Shown in pieces: positions 1 to 13,228 of a stretch of 64,000 bases of DNA. The stretch is from positions 3,286,001 to 3,350,000 of the forward strand of contig NC_092671.1 of NCBI RefSeq assembly GCF_964355755.1, given 5' to 3'. This DNA is from Antedon mediterranea (lineage: Eukaryota > Animalia > Echinodermata). Below the pieces are notes generated by a model. It ran no database searches. It had not been told where the DNA came from and saw only the letters and a list, made by a program, of their open reading frames with translations. The position numbers and the translations under genes were made by a program. How positions within the stretch are numbered: the stretch's first letter is position 1; each line of letters opens with the position of its first letter.

Positions 1-3000
1 TTGACCTCTAAGATATTGTTGGGGGTCAAGAGAAACTCAAACAAATTAAGCCAAATGGTAATATTTGTAATAACTGCCTTTACTCGTGCAGATTAAATTT
101 ACATAATGCGGTATGTCTAATTAGCTGAATAGTTCATCAACTTTCCGGTATTGGCAGGCCTTTTTATTTCTATGAAAGGCTTCTGAACCAAAGATCAACT
201 ATAGTGGGGGTTAATTTATTTGTGTTTTTGAGTTGATATTTTATTTGATGTAGTGAAAATTGATAGTGATAAACTAATATTCTTTGTGCTTTCGCATTTC
301 CCTGTGGCAATTGCAATGTTTAGGTGAGAAGACCGTCAGGTCAACAAGTTACGATAACTCAGAGAAATTGAAAAACACCTAAATAAACACCATTAGTAAA
401 GCACTTACATATGTAAGCAGACGGTTGAGGGTAGCGGTAGAATCACAATTGAGCGCCCCTTCACTTTGTTCATTACACGTAGCGTGCGGGCATTGGTCTT
501 TGACTGAACAATGACAGGCCTAGGATATAGCCAGATGGAAATAACAATGTTATTAAATGTTGCCTGATTTTGGTCTGATGAAAATTTAAAAAATGAATAT
601 TTATTAATTTCAGCAATTGTTTTTAATCAATAAACTGTTTTGTATAATTTTTAGTTAATAGTTTATAATATAAGACGAAAATAAGAAAAAAGAAAGAAAA
701 AAAAAGAAGAAAAAAAGAAGATATTTTTTCTACTTTAACACTACGACACTACGCTGGCCTACAAAGTAGGTCTACACTTAAACTAGGCTTTAGACAAACA
801 CGGATTAAGTTAATAATTAAATAAATCTGCGCAGTGTACTTTGCATCGATGCGCAGCCAATCTCTTCTTCCTTCCTACTTCGCGTAGGTCCGCGCGTATC
901 AAGGTCATTTAACCGGTTTTAAGAAAGAATACTTATTGTTTAAGGTGTTGTTTACTTTACCACTTGCACGAGTCACTTCCAGGGGGCGCTTTTTCATTAT
1001 ATCATTGATAATAGCAAAGATTTATTTAATTGATTTGAAACATAAAAGAACAATTACTTCCGTTTTGTATTCATCTAGACCGCAGACTGACGTTTAAAAG
1101 CGAGCCAATGGTTTAGTGAGAGGAAGTTGTTAAGATTATTAGTGATACTCGTGTCATAAAAGTAAAATCGGTTCAAGAAACTTTCTAGAAATTAGAAATT
1201 TAACGATGTTTCTCGTCTTTACCGTACATTTCATACCGATTGTTACCAGTGTGTTAAAACGTAGCAACACCATTACTGAATATTTTATTAGTGGCCGCGA
1301 AACATTTTTCGACGTATCAGCTTGACAACAGACATACTTCAATTGCAATCATAATACAGGAGAAATATGGCAATCAAAATGCCTTCTAAAATCAAATCTT
1401 CTTCTTCTAACAATTTTTAGTCTATGTGAATGTTACACCCGTATGAATTGGACCCATATATGATCAAGGTACCAAACTGAACGAAAGTATTTTCTGTACA
1501 TTGTATTTTTCTGTCATGTTTTGTGTTTCATTGTAGAGGTAAGAAGGCTACTTTTGAAGAAATTGATACGTTGAACAGTATGCCTACTTGTTCTAGTACT
1601 GGCAGGAAACAAGATTTTTTTTAAATTATATTTATTGAACTTGTAATTCAAAACAATTCAGCAAACAGTTCAAAAAGGAAGTTACATCTCCCGCCTACAA
1701 AACATTGACCATGAAGTGTTAAATCGATTTTTTTATTTTTTTACATAGGAAAAATTGGAATGAATTGTTTGTGTTGTTTTCTCCACTCTTTTCGTATAAC
1801 GTTGGTGGCGCCCTTTTAAATCTTGACACTTGTCAGAAAGGACATACTTAGCAAACATTTGATTGAGGGGAATCCATTCTGTAACCGCCTGAGGTACTCC
1901 AATATTTTAGCTTATGCCAATCTTTTCAATCTTACAAAATGTAGCCTACTTTCACTTTCTACCTTTTTTTCATAGGCTATCCTATATAACAATACTTCAA
2001 CGAGAAGAGCGTTGGTTTGTTTTAAGTGTTCTATGTACAACAATTCAACATTCAATCAGGGAAGAGTGAAATTCAGTCTTCTCTGATTGAATGAAAAATT
2101 ATTAATGAGCTTATTTACGACCAGTACGTCGTCCATTTCTGTCTCCTAGAAATTATTGTTTTTTTTTAAAGCAATCTTACTAAATTTTCCACAAAATGAC
2201 AAACTTTACTATTTAGAATTATTACTCGATTGAATAACTTTTACATACAATGTATTTTAGGAAAAAGATTTGTTTAATGACTTTCTTTGATTATTTCTAT
2301 TGTATATTCTCTGACCTGACCTCTATACTTTTTCTTTGTCTTACGAACCTTTGTACACAAACCCTGGATAAGTACAGTACCTCCCTGACTCACACATGTC
2401 TTGACGTCGTAATGCTAATTGCAACGATCGTATGGATTTCTCACTGACGGCCTTTTTAATTAATTACGTACGTAATTAAGTACCAGTATGTTTAAAATAA
2501 AGACAACCTGACTAGGCCTATATAAATTGCAAAATAACTATTTGTGAAAATCAATTATCTGTAATAGTTTACATTTTTTACTTCATTTAATTGAATATAC
2601 GTAAATAGATACACGGATTTTTTCTAAGAACACACAATAGGTCATAGCCCAAGAGTAGGCCTAGCACATATTTTAGATTGAATTCACTAAAAAATTAAAG
2701 AAATGAAATTATCGTACATCCATGGCATCTAGGTTGGACCAAAGCGAAATGCATATTCTAGATCCATAGACTCTAGGAACGAAGCGACAACACATATCTA
2801 CCTTCGCGTAGACCATGCAATCCAAGAACGAAGCAAAAGAAGCAGAAAAATGCACCTAGATCATTTGCGTCTAGGAACAAAGCGAATAGAAAGAAAAAGT
2901 CATACAACTTACCGTGGTAATATTTTAGCACACCTGAGTCTGAGTAAATTTGCTTGCGTCTTTTTACGATACATCAAATTATGTCTGTTCGCCGTGTTTA

Positions 3001-5190
3001 CAATTAATACAAAAACAAGATAAACATCAGGAACGGAAGAAAAGCTTTACCAGAAGCATTTGAGTCTTTCATTAAGAGATTCGGTTGGCAGGTAAAACCC
3101 CTCTTACTTTTTTTCATCATCAAATTTTTAATCTAACATAGGAAACACTAAGCACGTATCGATAAATGTTGCTGCAGATATTTTCTTCAAAACTGTCGAC
3201 ATGATCGTGGTGATACATTGTCGTTTCTAAATTCAAACAAAGCCCTTTCAATGATGGGAACGTATACGCTTCATATCATTAGTGCCTTTGTCACTAAAAA
3301 GTAATATCTTCGGGCACCGGTGCTTCGGGATTATTTGATTGTAAACTTTTTCGTTTTACTATTATATTCGTTAAGACACTTTGGCAGTGAATGAAAATGC
3401 AATAATGCCATTATGTCACAGAAGTTTCAAATCAATGCTATAATAACCCTTATTGCAGCCGATTATCAAACGGTGTATTATCTAGACAACAAACTGCACC
3501 GCTGTTCCATGTCAAGCGACTGTTACAGTCCAATCCATAACACACGTATGTCAATTACACACTTACTATTAACTTAACCCTGTAAATAAGCTCTCTCGCT
3601 ATAAACATAACGTATTTGAAAAATAGGCAATACATACTGATGGTAACCCATGTGAGTTGTAGTCAGCAGCCAAGAATCTTCAGGTACTGTTTACTGTCGC
3701 TGGACATAATACCGTATTAGAATCGAACGATTATTGTCAGTAAATCTTAATTGATCATACATTTTAATTATTTTTACGATACTAAACTTAACGTTAGTCA
3801 CTCACCTTGCGTCATATTCATGGTTAGTGGTGTTAGTACAACTGGATGACATCCTCGATGGCATTGAAATGAAGAACAAGTAACCGAATGAAACTCAATC
3901 GGTGTTAACCTAACTTAATAACCAATCAAATCTTACTTATAAAATAATGATTTTATTCTTTTTAATAATTCATTAAGGAGGGGAAAGCAAATACAATTTT
4001 CCGGCCTATGAGGCGCCGCTGTGGCCAATGATATTACACCAGGTTAGTACTCAAGGTCAATAACGGAACCGGTGTTAACCGTATCGAACGCTTAACAGTC
4101 GGAAGAAGCGGCTGCTCTACCGGTAGACTAAACGCACCTGCGCTTACTTATAAAAAAAATATTGTATTAGTATGGCGATTAGGCAAGAAAAACTGGATTT
4201 TAAAATCTTTGAAATACTGCTGTCATCCGTAAAATACGAGCCGGATGAAGATAGATCCGTTGAATCTCAACGATACCCCATGATGATGAAGACTGACCTA
4301 CAAATTATGGAACCTGGGGATTTTGAACTGAAGAGATAAAGTGTATTGATCATTACAAGTTCTAGCTTTGATAATAAAAAATAGAATGGAGACATTAAAA
4401 TTGAATAAAACATCAAAGCACCGTAGTATTTTTTTATTATCGGTATAGTACCTTCGGGGCACAAAAAAAGTTCATCCTGTTTTTGTTCTTTTATACCTTA
4501 CATGTGATGGTCACTTTGATTGGTGATCGCGCTTATGTGCGAATGTCCAACCAACCGGAGGTGCTGACCGGTCGTGGGCGACCCATGTTTTTTATTTGTA
4601 CATAACGTTTTTTTTGTTTATGAATGTTGTTTGGCATATGTATTGTACATTTAAATGGTTACCAAACTGACAAACACTTGATTCTTTTGGTACACTGTAT
4701 TGAATATTGTAATTGTGAATAAAGTACTTATTTATGTATGCAAACATTGAGAAACATTTTTAAACTAATTTTATTAATACTATTATTTTCAGCACTCAGT
4801 TATTCAAGAGAAGATGCCCGGGTGTGAACGTATTGAAGGCCTAGCTATTGATTATTTAAAACCAAACGTATGATATCGTGACAACACCAGACAGAACCCA
4901 AGAGAAAAAGTTAAAATAGTTCTATCACGGTCCTTTAATCTTCTTTTTATTGGTCCAATTCATATAAAAATAAAAATCAGAAACTCTTTGTCAATACACT
5001 GTAGTTTAAAATACATGTACGTCACCTTTCAAATTATCGTCCTGATATTGTTTTGCAAATAGCTATAGTATGCCAAAAGACCATGCCTATTGATTTTATC
5101 AAAATCTCTAGTTATCTTAAATATGGACCGAACTTTCAAGCTAGTTTACATTTAGGTTTAACTTCACTTGATCAGACATTGAAGTTCTAT

Positions 5191-8100
5191 CTATTCGTCA
5201 CTTTGAGGCCCGGTGATGTCAGGCTTCTGATCTCGCTCGACAAAATACATGAAGCTTTCTCCTGTTGGTTGTTGTGCAATGTCCCACCTTGTTTCAATCT
5301 CATTCAGCGACTTGCCTACCGAGTTGATGACGCGGTACCCGCGAAGAAAGACACAGAAGAACACCTTCATTTCAACCATCGCAAGGAACTGACCAATGCA
5401 GCCTTTCGGTCCCGTTCCAAATGGCACAAACTGCTCCTGATCAAGCTGAAAGAGAACATACATTCACCAGGGTGGCGCGATAGGTAAAATATTCAAATAA
5501 ATGTCCTACAATACTCAATTGAATCGACTAATTTAGACCCGGACACAGTTTAACATTGGTTCTCACTTGAACGCAACAACTCAACGACGTGTGTACAACG
5601 CGTCGTGATTGGACAAATTACGTGCGCACGCATTTACAGTGGAAACTAAGCATCACTGTTTTAATTGTATAACCGTCAGTGAAATTGCTAATAGTGGCCA
5701 GAATTGTTCCATCCATGCATTCGGATCAATCAAAAGAAAGGGAATCTACAATGTATGCAATATATGACAATTTTGGAGAAAAAAAATATAAACAAAGCAT
5801 GCAATATTATAATAAAAGTTCACCTTCTTAGAAAAGTTTTCAGGATCGAATTCATTTGGATTCTTGAAGATGTCCGGTCGTCTGTGCATGTCTGCCAAAT
5901 TCAAGATTATGTTGGTTCCTTTTGAAATTTCAATACCTTCAATGACGTCATCATCAATTGCTCTGCGCATAATAACTGGTCCGACTGGCTTATATCTCAT
6001 AGATTCTTTAAGAGCCTGCTCAAGATAGATCAGTTTTGGCAAATCACCTTTTACTGGATTTCTGTCACCTATATAAGATATCATGATTTGTTATTTCTAG
6101 GCCTAATGATATTATTCTCAAAGAATTAATTCCACTGGTCCGCCGTTTAGGATCTATCATCAAGCAAAACTTGTTTGCCTGGAAATTCATGCTGGCAAAA
6201 ATGTTTGCAGCCATCTTTCTCGCGCGTATTCTATGTTAGCCAATCACATTGTCAAAATATGAGAATAATTTTATTTCAATTTTTTTTTTCGGAAACAAAG
6301 CAATATAAAACAGGTTTATGCTATTTTATAAATGACGTCATTAACTTACCAACTACTTGATCAATTTCTTCAAGGATTCTCTTTTCAACATCCGGGTTAC
6401 TTGCCACTGACACCAGCAGATAATACATTGTTACTGATGATGTATCTGTTCCCGCCAAAAGCATTTCAAGTATACATTGTCTGACATTATTGGTCGTTAT
6501 CTCTCCACGTTTCTTTGAATGGAATAATCATTAATTAGGTGGGTCAAATTAATTATAATTACAAACAACATCATGGAGTAAAGATAAGCAACATCATGGA
6601 GCTTTTGTTGATGGTAAATGTTGTAGATCTAAGCTTTTTTATTATTTTTTTTTTTATTTTATTCATTTGAAACCAACAGCGATAATTACCGCCACTAACA
6701 GGTTTTTGATACAAACAAAGCCAGGACTGTTTAAAGCACCTTGAGGAAAGGCATAAGCCAATACGTCTGAGGCAGATACTAGATGCAGGGGGCTGCCATA
6801 AGAGTCAGCAGTGCTGATTTCAAATTCCTAACGGGACCCCGGCTTCGAATACAGCACCCGCTATTCCCAGATGGTATCCCATCCAAGCTCTACCAGTCCC
6901 AAAGTTGCTTAACTTCGATGATCTGACGAGAACCGGTGTTTCAACGTGGTAAAGCCGTATATGTTGAATATATTTTTGCAATATATTCACCCAACCGATC
7001 GAATTAGTGGTTAAAACTTAAATCTCTCTTGCTTTATACTATGGCCAACAAAAATACAATTTAAGTTACTACACATACTTCAGCTTCTATCAGTTTTGTG
7101 GAGAAGTCCGATGGAAGTGGGTTGTCCCCTTTCTGCAGATCAACCAGAGATGCTCTCTTCTTTTCTATCATGGAATCTATGGCCTCATTAAGACGATCGC
7201 TATCAAATAGAGTAAAGTAGATAAACATATAGTGGTTCTAAGCCATATGGTATTATCAATCACTTTACGACACGATTAATTAATTTTGTCATCTAATTGT
7301 TTAAATATATAATAGTAATGTTTTAATGATGTTACAATGCAATGCAGTAAAAGCTGTGACCTAGGATGTTTGTTACATTCTTATGTTTTTTATTTAAAAT
7401 AAAGGATAATTTTTTATATCAACAAATATTCTTTCTTACATTGATCTGACGTGTTTCTTGTATTCTGATGACGTCATCCAGTAATACAGTGAAGGGTTTA
7501 TAAGAAAATACTCCCATGCTTTAAAGTACTGTACAATTCGGTCCACAAGATCTTCATCTGTCATCAAAATTAGAATAACAAAGGTCTAAAGTTAGTGAAG
7601 TTAAATGACCAAGCAGTTTGAAAATACAATTCAGCCATGCCATCAACTAAATTGTATAGAGGGCGCTACATTGCAAAAATCTTACTTTTGTTTATGAATA
7701 AGAAAAAAAATGAAAAGAGTTTTTAGTATGATTTAAATTACCGTCATCAACTTGGACTCCAAGCATCAATATATTCGTGACGTCAAGTGTAATTCTTCTT
7801 ATGAAATTCAGTCCATCAATTCGCCTGTCTGCTGCCCTCGTTTGGAAATCCCCAATTCGTGCGATTTGACGATTAGTAGCGTCTATTGTGATCGACGAAG
7901 CACGATTTAACGAATCGGCATTCAATGCTAGAAAGAAAAGAAGCATGGAATTTTTTTTTAAACAATTGATACAAAGATAAAAAAAAACATTAAAATACGG
8001 TGGCTCGTAAGTATCACGGCAACTATTTTTGAAAGTTGTTATGACACTTACAGGCCACCGTAATATAGAGTTATTAAGCTCTACGTACCTCTTTGAAAAA

Positions 8101-10592
8101 ATGCGCGTTGCGTCTTCCAGCCCTCAACGTCATTGTTCCAAATAATTCCACTCTTAAACATTCCTATGTGGTTTAGACCCGTGTCATTGCCAAACCTTTT
8201 ACAGTAGTTGTTTCCGTTCGTTTTCAGTATGTACCACGCGGCAGACGGTCTATTATAAAATAGAAAGATTATTGTAATGTTGTTTAAAAAGTTTCGAAAG
8301 AGTAGGCCTATCACTCTCCCTCCTATTGCTAGATGCCAGATGTGTAAAATTTATGTCAGATAGCATAATTATGCCAGATTTGGCCACTATGTGCCGCAAC
8401 CCCACACAAGCGAGCCAATGTGGAGATAATCATGCGATACCTTACTTTTAATACGTCATCATTGCGCGTGTGAGGTGTCATTTTTTTTCTTACCTGGTTA
8501 TCAGGTATGTTGGTTCTCCTGCTATCCATACACGGACGACATCCCCAAACTGTTTATTGTAATAACTAGCAGCCCCTGGTATGCCAAAGTACAGAAATCG
8601 CAGATTACTCAGAAATGCACCCAGTCCATAATTTCTAGCAGGACCTATAAAATAAGATTACAATTATAGTATCATACTTCAAGAGTCGGTTGGCATACAC
8701 ACCCCACCTTAAAAAACATTATTGGGGTATTTTGTTTGATATGGAATAAATTAAAACAGATCAGTTGTAAAAAAAAATCATTTTGTGAATTATGGTCAGT
8801 TTTGATCAAAAGTTTGTCGATTTAATAATACCTAAAACATAATTTAACATAGCATGGGTTATTTGTGGGGTTTGTTTATTCAAGGATAGTTATGAGACAG
8901 GTTTTCTTTTAATTGCGATCCCTAAAACAGTTTTTTTACTGTCTAATGTTGTTATGAACATCGAACATGTTAAAATAGTACGGCTTAAGATAATAAGGCC
9001 AAACTACGTGGTAATCTTCTACATTGATAGTGTGTTGTTAGATTTTTTAATTCAATTCCTCTAACTCTGGCAATTGTCAACTCATGCAGGATTCGTTGAA
9101 CTCTACTATAGTATGTCTAATCGTTTCACAAAGTGAACCAGAAAAAAAATCTTCGTAACAACCAAACAGCATCAATGCTTGACCTCCCGAACAATAACGA
9201 AGGATTAGGATTCACTGGAATTCTCTCTTTAGTTACAAATTTAACAATGCCTATATCTCTTTTTGTTTGCTTTTTTTTTCAAATTGTTATGTGAAAGTGC
9301 ATTTAGAAAAAAGTGGAACTAAAGCTCTGTCTACTCAATCAAACTAGTGTGTGTGATGTGCCTAAATATGGTACGGTAGTGATATGACATCATAATGTCC
9401 ATATGGGCACAGCACATTTTGTGTCGTATAAAGTTTGATAGTAAGTGTAAATTGGAACAGGATCGCAGGAAGGAAGCTTGTAATAGGGGTAGAAATCAAA
9501 AATATTTATTTTACGAACAATACAAGAATAATTTATTGTAATCTATTTTTCAGTTCATCACATAATTATAGTATATAATAATACGACTTTTTCTCATTCT
9601 CACAGATTTCCTCATCTTTATCGTTTCAAATTAATTAATTAAATTTCAGTATATCACAGGGCGGTCCGGTTTCGAATTACTGTTCATTGCCTAATGTGTT
9701 TATATATATATATATAAACATGAGTGGGAGAAAGGACTCCCTCAAATATATATATATATATATATATAAATCCAAAGGCAAATTACTGAAAAAAATGACA
9801 ATGCTGTGGGTATCAGTGGCTGGATCTCAATGGAGATACAAAAATAAAAAGCGAAAAGCTAAATCAAAACGATAAAGTAAACAGCCAGAAAAGTTAGCAG
9901 AGCTTTCGACAACACTAGCCCTTCATCAGTGCAAGTGAAGAAATTTGGATAACGTCATAGTATAAAGCTGGCAAGTGCTGCCTGCACTTTATAAATCATA
10001 CTGTAAATTATAGAAACAGTGCTCATATTCGGAACATGATATTTGAGGGAGTCCTTTCTCCCACTCATCCCTTGTTTTGACGTAACTTTAAAAAAAAAAG
10101 GGGGAGGGGCTAAGAGGGAGCTATGTTCATTTAGAGAGTGCCCTTGTACTCCCACCCATCCTCCCCTAGTCTATTCCCTTGTCTTTATCAACAAAATTTC
10201 ACCTAAAATGTTCAGGTCTAGTCAAATAATATTTCCGCACACACTTTTCTGGAGTGTCATTTCAATTATAATGTTCGTGCAAGACACGATCGGATCAGTT
10301 AAATTTATTTACCTTGACAAAAGGGCTTAACTACATTTTTTCTTGATATTATTACTGTATAATACATAAATAATAAAAAATGCAGTAATTTTTCATTAAA
10401 ATATATGAAAGTAACTAGCGTGCAGCTGTGATACACTGTAACTCCTTATCTAAAGCACTTACCTGGGATACGCTTCGTGACAAGTCCAGTAGTAGTAGGT
10501 CTATACCGGAATTTCAGAATCAGTAACAATGGAATTATAAACAGGGAAATATAAATACTAAGATTTGTAAATGGTAGATTTGACAAATACAT
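5191..10592 (-). CDS. CYP19: Aromatase-like cytochrome P450 (CYP19 family), 9 coding exons, ~509 aa
   Basis: Exons (minus, all GT-AG, phases consistent): 10592-10463, 8644-8494, 8249-8089, 7927-7742, 7557-7440, 7199-7079, 6512-6350, 6068-5824, 5445-5191; total 1530 nt. N-terminal membrane anchor, then IPGPARNYGLG..RFLYFGI..YYNKQFGDVVRVWIAGE, KRFG..IGMFKSGIIWNN, YFKAW, I-helix QCILEMLLAGTDT, ESMRYKPV..MRRA..KGTNIILN, heme motif FGTGPKGCIG. All are collinear with human aromatase segments. Confidence 0.93.
6635..6962 (-). mobile_element. 5S rRNA-derived SINE (SINE3-like) or 5S retropseudogene in CYP19 intron 6
   Basis: Minus strand 6962-6850 reads TACGGCTTTACCACGTTGAAACACCGGTTCTCGTCAGATCATCGAAGTTAAGCAAC..GGGAATAGCGGGTGCTGTA, a diverged 5S sequence. 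It is followed by a ~190 nt body and an A-rich tail (T-run at ~6635-6660 on plus). Confidence 0.8.
9897..9932 (-). ncRNA. Minimal type I hammerhead ribozyme (Penelope-like) in CYP19 intron 1
   Basis: Minus strand reads GCA CTGATGA AG GGC tagtgtt GTC GAAA GC TC TGC. It has stem I GCA/TGC, core CUGAUGA and GAAA, a short stem II, a palindromic AGCT at helix III and a UC cleavage site. Confidence 0.7.
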
Positions 10593-10734
10593 GACTTGAT
10601 GTTAACGAAACAATGTCCAAGTGAATACAAAGAAATAAATTTAAGGCGATCAAAATAAGCTCACTTTCACACTACAGTAGACAAGGTTTAACTGAATGTG
10701 AAAACGCCACCAATTAGCAAAATTCAGCAGCACT

Positions 10735-10744
10735 GGGAATTTCC
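10735..10744. promoter_or_regulatory. Consensus NF-kB site upstream of the CYP19-like gene
   Basis: GGGAATTTCC about 140 bp upstream of the ATG at 10592. Confidence 0.35.
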
Positions 10745-11505
10745 AACTCTTACTCAGCTACTCTGTCGGAAATCGGAAATTCCGATTTTCGATGTTTTTT
10801 ATCATTTGTTTTGAAAGATAATTTCCTACATTACTATACATAGTGTTTATTACATACGCGATGACAAACAAGTCGATCCTGTAGTACGTGATGTCTGTTT
10901 TTAGATATTAAACATATTAATTTTGACATTTTAACAAATTAATAACTAAAGGGCTCGCGAGAGGCGGTGATGAATTATTTAGGGAGTAAAGATTTGTTCC
11001 CATATACAGTAGGAGGCAAAGACGTAATCCGCAATAAGCGAATTGACCAATCAAAAGCGATAGATTACTCCAACTGTCACTTGTGATTGGTCAATTTGCG
11101 GCTTACGTCCTCTTGTGGGAACCAAGCTTAATTAATTATAGTTGTCAAACCTGTAAGCCTAGAATAAAATAAACAAATTCAGTTTAAATTCTTTAATGCA
11201 TTTATTTAGGAAATCTACATAGATTTAGTACAACTAAATCAGATATATTATCAAAGTAGATAAAATATTTACAAATACAAAATAATATAAAAAGCCATAT
11301 TCAACCACTGATGCTCCCTCCCTCCCAAACCAGTACCCGCACTCTTTCCTTTTTCTCTCTCGTCCTCACATAAACATTGATTGAGACGGCTGTGATGTAC
11401 AGACGACATTTTGGGTTTCTGACCTCACGTGGAATTAAAACTAGTCACTTTGTACATATTAGGCGCCCTGCTATTAAATTCAATCGCTCATATAATATTT
11501 TAGAT

Positions 11506-12927
11506 CTAATTGTTCCAAATATCGGGTCGTCGTCTTCGAATCTCGTTCACAACGATATCACGGCGTTCTTTGCGGTCCAGGACGGTAATCGGCGTATAGG
11601 AAATATTAAATTCACTCAGAATATCAATTAGTGTTTCAGTGAATACCGTCAATTCCTTCAGAGTTGGTGGCAATCGTATGTCATCTAACTCGATGCACTC
11701 TTCATGAGGGTAGACAGCGAAAATTATTGAGTTTTTGTATCTGAAAAAAATAATTATATTTTAATTTATGATAGATTTATTTGTTTATAAGGTTGGTAGG
11801 ACCTATTCACATTTATGAGTAGAAACTTTAACGGTTCAAATAAACGTCTTATGAGGTAATAAATGACGTCTATAATGATGTTCTAAAACCCATGACATTA
11901 TCGTACGTATTGCAGAAATTTCGACTTGTGGTAACGTGAACTGATCGGATTTAAACGTTTTGACGTTCAAACTCTGTCTACACTATCAAACTTTATGTGA
12001 CGAAAAAATGTGATGTGCTTACTATAGATATGATGATGTCATATCTCTACCATGCATATCTGAGCATATCACTACCATATTTGGGCATATCACTACCATA
12101 TTTGGGCACATCACACCTTTTTGTCAAACTAGTTTGATAGTGTAGACAGAGCTTTAGTTTTTTCCAATTTTCTGAAAAGGTCTAAGAATATCGTGAAAAC
12201 GTGTTTACCTCTCTATGCATTCTTTTACATAAGGTAGTTCCAATAACCTATTCTTTGCATCAACTCCGAGATAGACAGACGTATACACGACGGGGTCGAT
12301 ACTTCTATCTGCTATATAATCACGGTTTGAATCCTCGTTGTTTCGCTCCATTTCACATTGTCCCTTAAAAACCATTCTCTGCATAAATACATAATTTTAT
12401 ATAGATTATTTTAGGATAAATGATACCTTAATTATTTTATTTTAAATAAATATCTTAATTTAAAAATTAAACGCTTGCAATTTGGTACTACGGCGGTGTC
12501 ATCGAACTTTTTGCAGGCATTACAAGCGGCGCGCTTTAGGCTTACTAGAATGCAACGTAACACAAGTAAAGGTTGATCAATTCAAGCGATTGTGATTGTC
12601 GGATCTGTCACTTCTGATTGGGTAATTATTGTGTTGCGCGTACCTACGTCATTTGGGGACGAGGTGCGTTACATCCTTTTCCGCTTATAAGCTGACTTAG
12701 ACAATTATTCATTTACTTACTTGAAACTCTTCAAACACGTCTGGTTTTGTATATGGGTCTCTCTCTTCTATACTCAAATCAAGCTCCCGAATAAGTCTCC
12801 TAGCTATCTCTTCTTCGTAATGAAGACCCACAGGCATTGCCTTAACCACATCCTCCAATAGTGTAGTTTTACCGGTACTGTGAGCCCCACATAAAAACAC
12901 TCTCAATATGTCTCTTTCGTTTGACAT
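11506..12927 (-). CDS. NadR/AAA_28-like P-loop nucleoside/nucleotide kinase-fold protein, copy A (3 exons, ~203 aa)
   Basis: Exons 12927-12721, 12378-12209, 11740-11506 (612 nt, GT-AG). Walker A GAHSTGKTT, EIARR, IADRSIDP (DR motif of the dNK/TMPK/NadR fold), DDIR lid. Confidence 0.85.
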
Positions 12928-13228
12928 TACCCACGGAAAGATATGGACAGCTCGTCTAGAAGGTATGTACGATGACTGTAGCCTTTAGTAGCCTACTGTA
13001 AACAAAATAAACATGGAAACAAATCCAATACAATTGTTTGTCAATTTCCGGGCAGCAATTTACATATCATGTAGGCCTACCCACCTATTTATCTGAGCTA
13101 TAAAGGCCCTTTTCGTGCTTGCATGACTGTAAAAAAAATCGATATATTGAACCAACAATGCCTATCTGAATATTGATAATGGATGGCGGTTTGTGAATGG
13201 AATTGTGAATAGTGCATTGAATGTTTTT

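Noticed and set aside
5053-5487. 144-aa plus-strand ORF
   Set aside because: Antisense shadow of the last CYP19 exon, with no recognizable motifs.
6850-6962. Functional 5S rRNA gene
   Set aside because: Many substitutions, disrupted terminal stem, no T-run terminator after the 5S part, and fused to a body plus A-tail.
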